A stretch of DNA of 64,000 bases from Tubulanus polymorphus (Eukaryota; Animalia; Nemertea): contig NC_134033.1 of NCBI RefSeq assembly GCF_964204645.1, forward strand, positions 16,128,655 through 16,192,654, in the 5' to 3' direction. Shown here piece by piece: positions 36,192 through 49,200 of the stretch. The number at the start of each line of letters is the position of its first letter. The stretch's first letter is position 1. Both the position numbers and the translations under genes were made by a program. The notes beneath the pieces were generated by a model. It ran no database searches, was not told where the DNA came from, and was given only the letters and a program-made list of their open reading frames with translations.

Positions 36192-37288
36192 CTATGGTCC
36201 GAAGAAAGGAAGCTGATCCGGCCTACGGATCGGCCTGGCGAAGGCGCGGGCTCGTTGGCGGTATCTGCTACGTTTAGCCGCTTCACTTTGTAGAAATCTG
36301 TGCCACAGCGACAACCTGTTAAACTGTCGTCCGGCGGCGAAAGCGGAATTTCGTGGCCGTTGGATAGCGCGAGGATTAGCTGCACGTCCCCCTAACGATC
36401 CACCAGCAGCCTGGTTAGCTGGTATGTGAGGAGGCGGTTGCGGCTTGACGGGTGGTTCTGCTCCGGCCTGTGAAGTAGCTCCATGAGCTGCAGGTTCACT
36501 AGGCACCTGGGGTTTCATTCCTCCTGGACTTCCAGGAGCCTGCTGAGCATCAGGTTCACTAGGCACCTGGGGTTTCATTCCTCCTGGACTTCCAGGAGCC
36601 TGCTGAGCAGCAGATTCACTAGGCACCTGGGGTTTCATTCCTCCTGGACTTCCAGGAGTCTGCTGAGCAGCAGATTCACTAGAGGGCTGGGGTTCCATTG
36701 CTCCTGAACTGCCGGGGACCGGCTGGCCAGCTTGTTTACTAGGCGCTTGGGGTTTCATTTCACCTGCACCTCCAGGAGCCTGCTGTTGGCCAACTGGTTT
36801 CCCAACTCCAGCACCTCCTCGCATCAATGCGCTCCTCAGACGATAAGCCGCCATGACTGGTGACTCTTGTTTACGTTCCCAGCCACCGGGTGGCATTATC
36901 GGGTGTTCGGTGACCTTTTTTTCCGGATGTAACCACGGTTGCGGCTCGTGCCCGTGACGCATGCGCCATCTCATTCCACCGGGGAACTCCTGCGGTTTAG
37001 GAACCGGAGCGTGTAATCCGACATTCTGGGCGAAGTGTGGAATACCAGAATGGGCTCCTAGGATTTTACCTGGTTTCTTAGGTGGTGGTGGAGGTGGTGG
37101 GGCAGTAACTGGCAGGTGGGTGGTTGTAATTTCTGGTGGATGTGTGGCGGGTGGGCGTGTGAAGAGTGGTTCTGGGGCGGGTGCTGTAGTCGGTGGTTTA
37201 GTCGGCGGTTCTGTTGGTTTCTCCGTAGTGACTTCTGGTTCCTTGTGACAGTTGACTTTTGCTTTACCACACTCGGAGAAAGCCCCGA
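36192..37288 (-). CDS. Proximal terminal exon: PT-rich stalk, 20-aa GSPGGMKPQVPSESAAQQAP repeats, Arg-rich C-terminus
   Basis: ORF 36192-37301 with an acceptor at 37289 and a 60-bp tandem repeat at about 36490-36790. Confidence 0.85.
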
Positions 37289-40200
37289 CTGAAACGACCA
37301 ATTTTAAATCCGATATTTAGCATCAATAAAGTTTATCTTTAATCAACAATTGACGGTTCCACATTCCTTAGTTAGAGTTTATATTAGGAAACAAAGACCA
37401 GAACGACGCAAATCATGACGATATTGAACAATAAACCAATAAACAATTTCATCTTTGGGTTCAGTTTCACGAGAAAAATTGACTTCTAAATCGATCCAGG
37501 ATAAACCGAATCAATGAAGAATTTAAATCGATCTAAAGGTTAAAACTTTTTGTGAGGACTTTTTCTGGGTTTTAATTGACAGTCAATTCTAACCCGGAAC
37601 AGCGGAACCTGGTAAGGTCTATTTTTAGTTTACCTGTATTCAGTAGTATTGACAACCATTTCGCAAATCGGAACAGCCTCAAATTCGGAGCCAGAACAGC
37701 GTGTCTGTTCTTATTCTTCTGATCGAAAATATCTTGACGCGTAGAAGACGACGAGCCGACCGCGAAATAGATGACTCTCAGACCCTCGCGTAGCGCCACC
37801 TCAGCCTGGCGGACGGTGGCCGCTGTCTCTTTATGTTGACCAGCGCCGATGATGACCAGCAGTTTCTTGCAGCTGATGCGACCTCCCGAACGCGTCGCGA
37901 ACGAGTATTTCCTAGCTACGTAGATCCCCTGAGCCGCGTTGGCGAAGCCGCCGCGATACTGTACTCGTTCTATGGCCGACATCACTTTCATTTTACTGCT
38001 CGAATCTTTCAGCCACATGTAAGTGGTGACGCCTTGGTGATAGGTGACTAAACCGACTCGAATTAACGACATTCCGACGTTGATTTGACTGACGACTTTT
38101 TGCACGAACGTCTTCACGATTTCGAGCCTCATGCGACCCATATAACGCGACGTGTCGATCAGAAATACGACGTCTAATTTGACTTTGTTTGCTATAAAAA
38201 AGGAGATAGAAATATCAAATAATCTGTACAATGTAATATAATATTTTCTCAATTCAAAATTCTAATCTTTGCTATTCTAAATGTATAACGACATTATTAC
38301 ATAAGGGCATTATGACTATAGCAATGTTGACTGCGTCCATGTCCTCGGATTGTATGAAAATGCATGTTAATGTTTTCAGCCCAGTACCCCTCAACGCTTA
38401 GTTGTGTGCTCTTCGGAAAGTTGCCCTTCTCATTCATAGTAAACCTTATACCCCCTCATAGAACTCTAGATCTGCCCAAAACTTACGTGGATTGTAGAGT
38501 TTGAAACATTTCTCGCCTATCTTTGTTTCGCTTGGTTTGCAACGTGGCCCTGTAAATATAAAAAAAAACAATATGTATATGTTAACACGTTTGTACGAAT
38601 TTAATGCTGTAAATTTATCATTATTTCAGGACTTGACCATCTGGTACTATTCGGTTACAAACTGAGGAAGCATCAAAACATTTGGGGCGTTATATATTAC
38701 ATTAAATGTTGCCTTATTTCAAAAATAAAATTTATCGAACAGTTTTTTTTTAGATTGTCGTAAGATTATTACCTGTAGGTTTTATGTGCGGTCCATTTCC
38801 CCATGAACACTCGAACGTAGCTGGAAAATCGAAAAATAAAACATGAAGACATTCTATAGACATCCTACATAAACTTCTCGGTAAGGATTGAGATATTTTC
38901 AGGGACAGGGGTCAGGGGTAGTTGTTGCTAATTCTTAAAATCTTTAGGTGTTATACGTGTTTGTGACACTCAGTGAAAAAGAAATTGATTTTATAACGTA
39001 TTCGCAAATGGCTCCATTGTAGTCTGTGAAAAATCCCTCTAAATTCCCGCGTATCACCAAAAGATTTCGCAATGCGCATACAACTACACCACGCACCCCT
39101 TTCGTCGGCCTTGGCCTTTATAAAAACAAGTGACTGATGAATACCGGTAATACTCACCCCGCATAAAACTTAAAATGTTCCGAATTAGCAAAATCCACGA
39201 GAAAAAAGCGTCGCGTTGTATGGGCATTTTATAGTGTCAACATTTGCTATAAATCGTTTAATGTATAAGACTACAATGGAGCTAGCGAACACAAAATATT
39301 GCCACAAAGACTGGTCCCGGGACTAGAGGGGATTGATGACCCAATCAACGAAGGAGACTGGTGCCCGACCCACTGGCGATACCGGTACCTATTTACCGAG
39401 ATTTTCGCGACGATTTTAATTGAATATAGTCATACACAGTTAGAGTTAAGATTATTTCGTTTCATCGAGTTTACTCTGAATCTAATCTAAATTTAGATCT
39501 GTGGAACCGGGTCCAGTTGATTACAACATTTTTCCCATTCCAGATATCCACACATAAAATGCAATTCCTATAATTCAACGTGATCACATAATTTCGCTCA
39601 CCTCGTATAATAGCCGTCTTCAATTTAGGCACGGCGCTTCGGAACTGCATGAAACTGTTCAAGAACGCCACCTGGTGACCGATGCCCCACAACTCCTTGC
39701 GGTTGATATTCTGCCCGATGCCGATGACGAACAACCCGATGCGCAAAGATCTGGCCATGTAAGCCTGATGGATGGCCTCCTCGTTGTTGATCGATTTTCC
39801 GTTCGTGATCATGATGGCGAGTTTCGGGACTCCGGGTCGAGCGCCATTTTTCGGCGAGTAACAATCGACCCTCATTACACGTAGCGCCTTGGCCATGTTT
39901 GTGCTGCCACGTTGGTATTTCAGGTTCCTGGGAAAATGTGGAAATTCGTATGAAGTTTATTAGAGCGTTTGGTTGTGTAAATTTTTATAATAATGTGATT
40001 TATATAGCGCTAAAAATTTTGGAAATGACGAACATAGCTTTTTTAAGTTCGACTGATTTCAGAGTTAGATTAAATCCACGCAACTGTGGAACTTGGTCCA
40101 TATTCAAATTAGATCCACACAACTGTGGAATTGGGTCCAGAGGTAAATTAAAAGTTGAATTAAATGCACACACAATGTGGAATCTGATTCACAGTCAAAT

Positions 40201-43200
40201 GAAACCCACAGACCTGTCGAACTTGACCTAGAGTCTTAAATGAAACCCACATAAGTGTGGATCTGGGTTCAGAATCAAATTAAACCCACAAAATTGGAAC
40301 TAGGTCCAGAGTTGTCATGTTGACTTACCTGATTTGTTGAACGACGGCTTTATTACTGTTTGATTGGCTCAGATGGAACGACACGACGGCATTTTTACCG
40401 AACGTTATAACAGCGATTCTAATGCTACCGGTACCGATTTTAAACTGTTGTACGAAGCGAATGAGGAACAGTTTCATGATGTTGAAGTTTTGTGGTCCGA
40501 CGCTGTCTGACGAGTCTAACATGAACACTATATCCGCCTCTCCGTCAAACTCTACAACACGAGACAATGAAAAGCTCTAGAAACTCTAGAAACAACTAAT
40601 ACGTGGAACTGGATCCATTAATCTAGATGTCTGTGTTGATTTATTTTAAGGATTGTGAGAAGTCTATGGAACACTAAGCTTAGCCGGATCCACAAACCGT
40701 ACTTACGCATAGCTGGGAAGCATCGTCCCCTGACGGACATATAACCAGGAGGACAATGGCGTGGTGGTGATACTTCTGGTGGTGATACCTTTTTCGTGGT
40801 AGCTGCCTCTGATGTTATTGTAACTGAAACTGAACGTTATATACCGGTATGTCGCATTGGAATCTGAGTTTGAGTGGAAATGAACGTTCAGAAACAATGC
40901 GCAAAACATTGCCTTTCACAAGAATAATGTAGATGTACCTGCTTCAGACGCTGGCGTAGCTGTTGCTTTTGGTGCCTCAGTTGTCGGTGGCTCAGTTTTT
41001 GCTGCCTCAGTAGTTGGTGGCTCAGTTTTTGGTGCCTCAGTAGTTGGTGGCTCAGTTTGTGGGGCAGCAGTAGATGGTGCCTCAGTAGTTGGAGATTCAG
41101 CTGGTGCGGCTGTAGTAACTTCTTCGGCTTTTGCGGTGACTGCTGGTGGCGGTGGAGACTAATTGAGAAAAATACATTAATATTTATCAAATTTCAATGG
41201 AAATAGTTCATTTTCTTTAAACTGATTGATATTTACCGCTTCGGCCTCCGGTTTCTTAGATGTTCCTGCTGAAGATGGAAAATGTCTGTTAACAGTAGTT
41301 ACGTACTATATCGAATATCTATGGCTTTGAATTGATGACTTGATTCGAAAAAAAACTTACGTTTACCAGCACTGTGGCATAGGAATGATATCCCCTTCCA
41401 TCCCGGTGGACATGAGAAACCTTTCGAGATAAGATTATTTGACGTAATGACGAAATGATAAAGGTTTGGAAGTCTAAGGTCTTGACTATCGAAATCAATT
41501 TGGTAAGTCCATGCTGTGAGGAACGCTACCACACAGTGGAACTTGGCCCAAGTGTCAGGACAGAATGTTTTATCAGGTGGAATGAGCGTTACTTACTGAA
41601 AATGCGTTGACAGTGTCCTTTTACAAGCACCTGACCCGACGGGCAGACGTGACCTGGAATAGACGGAACACCACGAAATAAATAAGCGGTACTTGCCGAA
41701 CGATTGATAATTTTCAATCGGAGATGAATTCCACAGAAGAGCTTACGATTAACGATACACTTGTTGTTGTGGAGAATGTAACCTTCGGGACATTTCTCTA
41801 CAAATAAAAACCGAGTTATGATCGCTTTGGCTAAAGAAAACTTGGAAGAATATGGAGTGACCCAAATCACAAAGCAATTTACTACATTTCATCGGTATAT
41901 ACAAAATGTCTTATATAATATCCTCCTTAATGAAGGTGTATGTTTATGGGTTGATTGTAAATAAGGTTATTATGAAATGAATCTAAATGAAATGGCAGCA
42001 TTAACGAATTTTCGTCTGGAACTTACGTTTGGCCCTGAAACACAAATGCGACTTGTGGATGAAACCAGGTGGACATTTTCCATCTGTTCAGAAATATAAA
42101 ACATACATAGTTTAGTTAAATATACAGTAACATCGAAACAAAACGTAGTTTAGATCATTGTATTTACTTAGTTCTGGGATGCCGGCCATTACTCCATGTC
42201 GGCCTGTGTCAGTCTCACCCTGAGCCGCTTTTGTCGCCTCCTTGCTGGGCTCGGTAGCATTCGCTGGGGCCTCAGTAGCCTTTGGAGGTGGCGCTGATGT
42301 GGTTCCAAAATCGTCTCGTACAGTTATCGCCTCCTGTTTGGCAGCTGGTAGCTTCTTTTCGGCCTCATTTGGCATCTCCGGTTTCAGATGAGCAATATGG
42401 TGTTCTTTGATGTGTGACATATCCAGCTTTTTCTCGGTGTCTGTAGCAATCAAAAACAACATCTATTCAAGTTTCTAGCTTCACATAAGTTGCTGTTTAA
42501 TGTTATAGGAGACTTAATTGCCAAAGTTGACTGGCCTTTCTGTACTGGTGGTATGTAACCATTGCATTAATGATTGATGTTGCATGAACTATTGGGCACT
42601 TGGGCCTCCACTGCACAGCACAGCACTTGATCACTTGGGCTTGCAATACGCAGCACTAGGTATCTGAATATTGCTACAAACTTATGTATGAAGCAACTAA
42701 GCTCGCACTGCGCTGTACAACACTGTGGTCTAAATACTGCTTAACATCTAACTACATGTATTTGCCCCCTGAGGATAGAAACATACGTGTTTCAACTGGA
42801 GCCGGAGTTGTTTCTTCGTGTTTAGCTTCGTGTTTAGTTTCTTCAGGTGCTGCAGCGGTAGTTGCTGGCGGAGCAGCCGATGGAGCTTCTGGTTTTTTCT
42901 CCTCTTTCGCTTCTTCCTTCTTTCCTTTCTTCAACAGGCCTTCTAAAATACAAATGAAAATTCCACGCGTTATAGATCATGGGATTCCACGTACAAAATG
43001 ACTATGACTGTTTTTGTGTTACCTGGGAAGCAGCGATGGGAGACATGAATATAGTGAGGTGGGCAGCGACCAGCTGAAAATAGAGATACAATAAAATCAC
43101 GTAAGTTTAAGACAGGAAAAAAGGCTGAAGATGAATTTTCTTCGATAAATATCTGGGGCCAGTTGCACAGTCGTGACTTAAGTCCAAAAGTGGTCTTAAA

Positions 43201-46200
43201 TCTTAAGACCGGTCTTAATTTGTTAGAATAGCTATAGAACAAAGTTGGTCTTAGACTGGTCTTAAGTCTAAGCCATGACTATGCGACTGGTCCCTGGTGA
43301 AGATTACCAATTCAAGAAGAAACGCTAAGTTCATTTCCGAAGATATACGTTCAACATGGTTCGAGGCATCTATTTATAACCTCTTGGTAACGCATTTAGG
43401 GAAACTTACCTATTTCTGAAATAACTTTCATCGTGCTTTCGTGGCTGACTAACGCTGCTGGTTTTTCTCCTGTATTCGATTTTCCCACTGAAACGAAAGA
43501 AACACCTTTGATTTTCCTCTTAAAAGACAGAAATCCTCACATAGGATATTCTCTTACTTACATTCTATCGTATAATGACATAATTTAGCCTCTAAGTGAT
43601 AATGTGGTGGACACTTTCCACCTGTAACATAGAATTAAGCGAACATCAGTAAGAATTCTCAAGTCAGCGTAACAGCAATAGAGAAATAATAAACCCCTAC
43701 CGATAGGTGGCAGAGTTTTTGGCGGTCCTTGTTCGCCCAATGTTTTACTCTCAGCTGGTTTTTCTGCTGCAGAAGCTGTGGCATTTTCTTCTTTCTTATG
43801 CGCCTCTGCTGGCAATCAAAAATAGACATTGAACGTGCAAATCATAAAGAATGGTAAGATTTATGACCAAGAGTTTATTATAATCACCTGCTTCAGGTTT
43901 GTGTTCCTCTTCTTTCCCTTTGCCCTCTTCCTTAGGTTTCCCAGCTTCTTTAGGTTTCTCTGCCTCCTTAGGGTTTTCTGCCTCCTTAGGTTTCTCAGCC
44001 TCCTTCGGCTTCTCTGCCTCCTTCTGCTTCTCTGCCTCCTTAGGTTTTTCTGTCTCCTTAGGTTTTTCTGCCTCCTTAGGTTTTTGTGCCTCCTTAGGTT
44101 TTTCTGCCTCCTTAGGTTTCTCAGCCTCCGTAGGCTTCTCTGCCTCCTTAGGTTTCTCAGCCTCCTTCGGCTTCTCTGCCTCCTTAGGTTTCTCTGTCTC
44201 CTTAGGTTTTCCAGCTTCTTTAGGCTTCTCTGCCTCCTTAGGCTTCTCAGCCTCCGTAGGCTTCTCTGCCTCCTTGGGTTTCTCTGCTTCCTTTGGTTTC
44301 TCAGCCTCATGTGCCTTATCGTTAGACGTTCCCAGTGGATTTGGAGAGCCAACTTACGAAAAATCAACATTTAGATTGTGTCAAAAAAATGCAAAGAAAT
44401 TACCATAAAAAGAAAATAAATTGACAAAGGAAATACTTACGGCCTTTCCTTACAGGATCTACAAAGGGATTGAATCGTTATTTACGATGAAAAACATTGT
44501 CATTGGAACGAGTAAATTATTCACTGAGCGTAATTTATATACATGTGACTTACTCATAATACAAGTGCCGCTTTGTTCGTGGTAACCAGCAGGACACTTC
44601 TTACCTACAGAAGGAAAGTGACAAGTAAATATGGATATCTCTCGTAATATCTCCTTCAACATCAATCACAATCTCAGACTACTGGAAACTTACCACTTTT
44701 GATACAAGTGTGACCGTGAGTGTGTAAAGAGAATCCTTTTGGACACGGTTCTGTGAAGAACATATACAATACTTGATTCCAATACATTCAAAGGTTAGGA
44801 TCGGGGTGAAGTTCAACCCAGTCCCATCACTCGGAGGCAAATCGCCCGAGAAGAAAGTGGATCAAATTGAAGGACTAAGGTTCATAGTTTAAGTTCAAAA
44901 ATCGCTGACCTGAGTCAAAGTTACCGAGGGTGAATGCAATTTCAGCCCATAAACTCTAACTAGACTCGTCAGACTTAAAGGCAATGATATTCAAATGTTG
45001 TATTGGGACATGTTGTAGAGGGGTATGGCTTAATGCTTACTTTTCGGCTCACGATAGCACAAGTGAGCATGGAGTAGATAATGCGGTGGGCATTTTTCCT
45101 CTGAAAAATAATACGAATATTCAGACGCAGTTTACAAGGAAAAACCCTGACAGCAAATATGTGCCAGCACTGGATTGCTTACCTTTTCCTGTACCAGCAG
45201 GTTTGACAGTTTCTGGTGGTTCTTCCCCGTTAGCCTTGCTCTCTGCTTCTTTTTGTGCCGGCTTTTCTGCTGCAGGAGCTGCGGCATTCTTTGGCTTCTC
45301 AGCCGTCGCTTGTTCTTCTTTCTTGTGCGAATCTATTCAGAAAAGTATATAAAACGACTTTCGTCGCGTTCATTATATTCAAACCTGTCACAAACAATAT
45401 AGAGAAAATAATATATAGCAGAAACTAAATGAACAACAAATAAAAACCTTCTTGTTTTGAATCCTTTTTCTCAGTTAGTACAACTTTAACAGTAGCTTTA
45501 TCAACTGGCTTTTTAGCAGAAGCACTCTCCTCTGGCTTTTTAGCAGGCGCAGTATCTTCTGGTTTTTTAGCAGATGCACTCTCTTCTGGCTTTTTAGCAG
45601 GGACAGTTTCTTCGGTTTTTACTTCTCCTTTGCCTTCGCTCTTTCCACCTTTTCCTATCGGGTGAATGAATTACAATGAAGCAAATATGACCGAGGTTAT
45701 ATGTGGATCATAATCTGAACCCAGGACCGAGTTAACTATCCTAAGAACACAAGTAAAATTTTAAAGCAAGTTTTAAAGCACTACAATTCTACTCGCCAGC
45801 GTCGATACTCTGTAGACATTTCACTAGGCGATAGTCGAGAATAAGAGAAGTAGAGGGGTTTTTCCGAATATATTTATAGTAAAATTCACCAATTTGAAAG
45901 GTTCACCCAAGTTGACCGATAACGGATATAAAGGAGTACAAATATAGGTACGAATATACAGTTTCATGAAAACGAAAAACCATTTGAATTTTTTTCATCT
46001 CATAGGCAAATTAATAATTTCGATCCCTCGTCTTCATGAAACTCACCTCCAACATCAATGCACTCTGCACCAACTTGAATCTGACCTTTCTTACATTTAC
46101 CTCCTAAAGGTTAATTCAAACAGAAAAGAAAAGAAAAACATCTCAATACGAACCGATGCTATAGCTACACGAATTTCCGTAATTGGAACAATGATGTAAA

Positions 46201-49200
46201 TGCTAGTAGTTAGGAGACAAAGCAGCTGAAATTTCAAATTTCAAAAAAATTATAATTTTCCTAAGAGCTGTGCAACTGGAATACTTCACCATGAAACAAA
46301 ATGTACCATGAAGTGAGAAAAAGTACGTGAACATATACTAGGTTCTAGTTCTAGAACATGCGTTTAAATCTGACTCCAATTTGTCGTCAAATCATTTCAT
46401 TTACAGGCCCATGGACAGGGGAAGGGTTCGTCGAAATGCCCTTCTGTTAAAAGAAGGTACTCTTGACTTCTACACATGCTGTTCACTGCAGATTAGTGAT
46501 GGAGTGACATTATCATTTTCATTATTGAGACTTTAACATCTTACTTCCAAACTTATTTGCATTTGTTAGGAAGTACTCTTGATTCGGGCAACGGGCCTGA
46601 AGATTGAACTATTTTGAATAGTCAAAGTTAAACCCAGAATATGGAACTGATCGGGTTCCTGTCAATAATCTTACGTTTGACGCAAGCCCCTGTTTTAAGT
46701 CGTTCTGCGTCCGGTGGGCAGACCTCTGCAATTCGTGAAGAGAAACGTTTTAATAAATATGTACATTCAAATACTCGATGACATTCAATACAACATTGTC
46801 GATGTATAGAAGTTTCAAGTCAGCTCACTTACTCGGGGCACACATCCCGGTTTTCATGAGCATTTCATTGGGTTTACATCCCTGGCCATTAGCTGTAAAA
46901 AACATTCATATAGTGACAACAAGTGATAGTTTCTCAGTATAGAAGATATGATGGATTCTCGGTGTGGTTTATCATCTGGCAGTTTAAAGATTCTCAGTAT
47001 TCCTCTGAAGATGCGATAAAGATAAATCTCGAAACTTCCAAATCCATTAATTGTGGGATTATTCATTATTGATATATTGTTTTTGCACAATCTGCTTGTG
47101 CTTTACTTCTACAGTCATGACATCAATCTCGATTTCATTCCTCTAGTTTATCGAAGCTAACCTTGTGACTCTTTAATACATTTATTGCCGCGTGGTAGAG
47201 TACCGGGTGGGCAAATCAACTCTGAAATCATGGGGAAATCATGAGCAATAAATACATTTCTGAATATCTCGGCATCACGTCAAAAACGAATAACCTACAA
47301 CCTGTAGTAGAGACCTCACCTTTACCGATGCATTTTTTAACTTGCATATTGTATTCAGTTCCCGGATTACACTGGCATCTCTTAGCTTTCTTGTTATACG
47401 TGGACCCACGTGGACAATCGTGCGAATCTATATAGAATTGACAATTCATATCAATGTTTCCGTACGCAATTGGTGGTATTACTACTTAAGAGTGATGATG
47501 TTCCTATTGTGTTCAGTGTTCAATCATAACACTCCTGATTGTCGGTGAATGTATATAGCGAATAAGTACATTCTGCTCAAACAGTTTTTGTAGCAAAGAA
47601 ATTAAAACCACCACCACGCATAGAAGCGAACATAAGTTATCAATTTTCACGATCACAATAACTTTAATTTCACTGCCAAATATTTAACAGATTTTCCGGT
47701 AAATCGAATTGTGAACGGTCGGAGGAGATACAGGGTAAATATTACTTACCCATACATTTGTTATCTCTAACTACCTGACCTTTACTGCACGGAACGCACT
47801 TCTCCCCTTCGACGCCTTGTCCTTCTGGACATTTCTCGGGTACGCAAGTTGAACCGACTAATTTTGTACCATTCTTACAGACGGGAATCTTCGGTTTGCA
47901 TCGTCCGTTTACCAGTTGGAAACCATCCTTACATTCACTTTCGCCTTCGACTTTTTCGCATTTCATGTTGATGAACATGTATCCGGGTCTGCAACGTTCT
48001 TTAACGCACTTTCCCCTCACTAGAGCGAATCCTTTCAGACACTTTTGCTTCGTTTTTTCGTGCTTATTGGGAACTGGTTGCGTATCTGGCATCCTGATTT
48101 GGAAGCACTTGCCATTTCTCTCCACGAAGCCATCGCCGCATTTACCCTCTTTGCTTTCACTTCCACTTTTAGATTTTTGACTGACACCTTTTGACGCTCC
48201 TACTTTGGGCTTATCCTCAGTCTTCTTCGACTTTCCTTTCGTTTCATTATTAACCTTTTGTTTTTTTTTCTTGCACGGTTTCTTAGTCACTTTTGATTCA
48301 GATTTGTCACTAGGTTTCTTAGTCCTTTTTGATTCAGATTTGTCACTAGGTTTTTTAGTCCTTTTTGATTCAGATTTGTCACTAGGTTTTTTAGTCCTTT
48401 TTGATTCAGATATGTCACTAGGTTTCCTAGTCGTTTTTGATTTAGATTTGTCACTAGGTTTGGTCGTTGGTCTTGATTTAGATTTACTTTTAGTTGACGC
48501 CTTACTGGGTTTTGTTTTCGTTTTGACGTTTGTCTTAGCTCCGCTAGTTTTTCGTCTATCACTGACCATTTTGAAACATTTTCCATCTTTCTCGATGTAT
48601 CCTTCACCGCACGACTTTTCGTCCTTTCGTTTTTCCTCCGGTTTCGCACATTTACCTTTGATCAGTTTCTCACCTAGTTTACATGGATTCTTACAGATTC
48701 CTCCTACCATCAATGATCCAGGTCCACAGTCTTTCTTTCCTTTTGTTTCCTTAGATTTCTCGCCTCTTGATTTCTGTGTGCTAGACTTTGCCTGCTCCTT
48801 TGAAGATTTATCATTTTTCTTTGAAGCACCTTTAATTTTCTCCATAGGAGATTTGCTATCAGGCTTTGAAGCATCTTTAGATTTATCATCCGTTGATGTT
48901 TTGTCCTTGTCCTTTGAAGAATCCTTAGATTTATCACCCTTGGACGATTTGTCTTTTTTCGTTGAAGTATCTTTAGATTTATCATCCTTTGCTGATTTGT
49001 CTTTATCCTTTGAAGCATCTTTAGTTTCATCATCCATGGACGATTTGTCTTTTTTCTTTGAAGTATCTTTAGATTTATCATCCTTTGCTGTTTTGTCTTT
49101 GTCCTTTAAAGCATCTTTAGTTTTAGCATCCATGGGCGATTTGTCGTTTTTCTTTGAAGTATCTTTAGATTTATCATCCTTTGAAAATTTTTCTTTGTCC

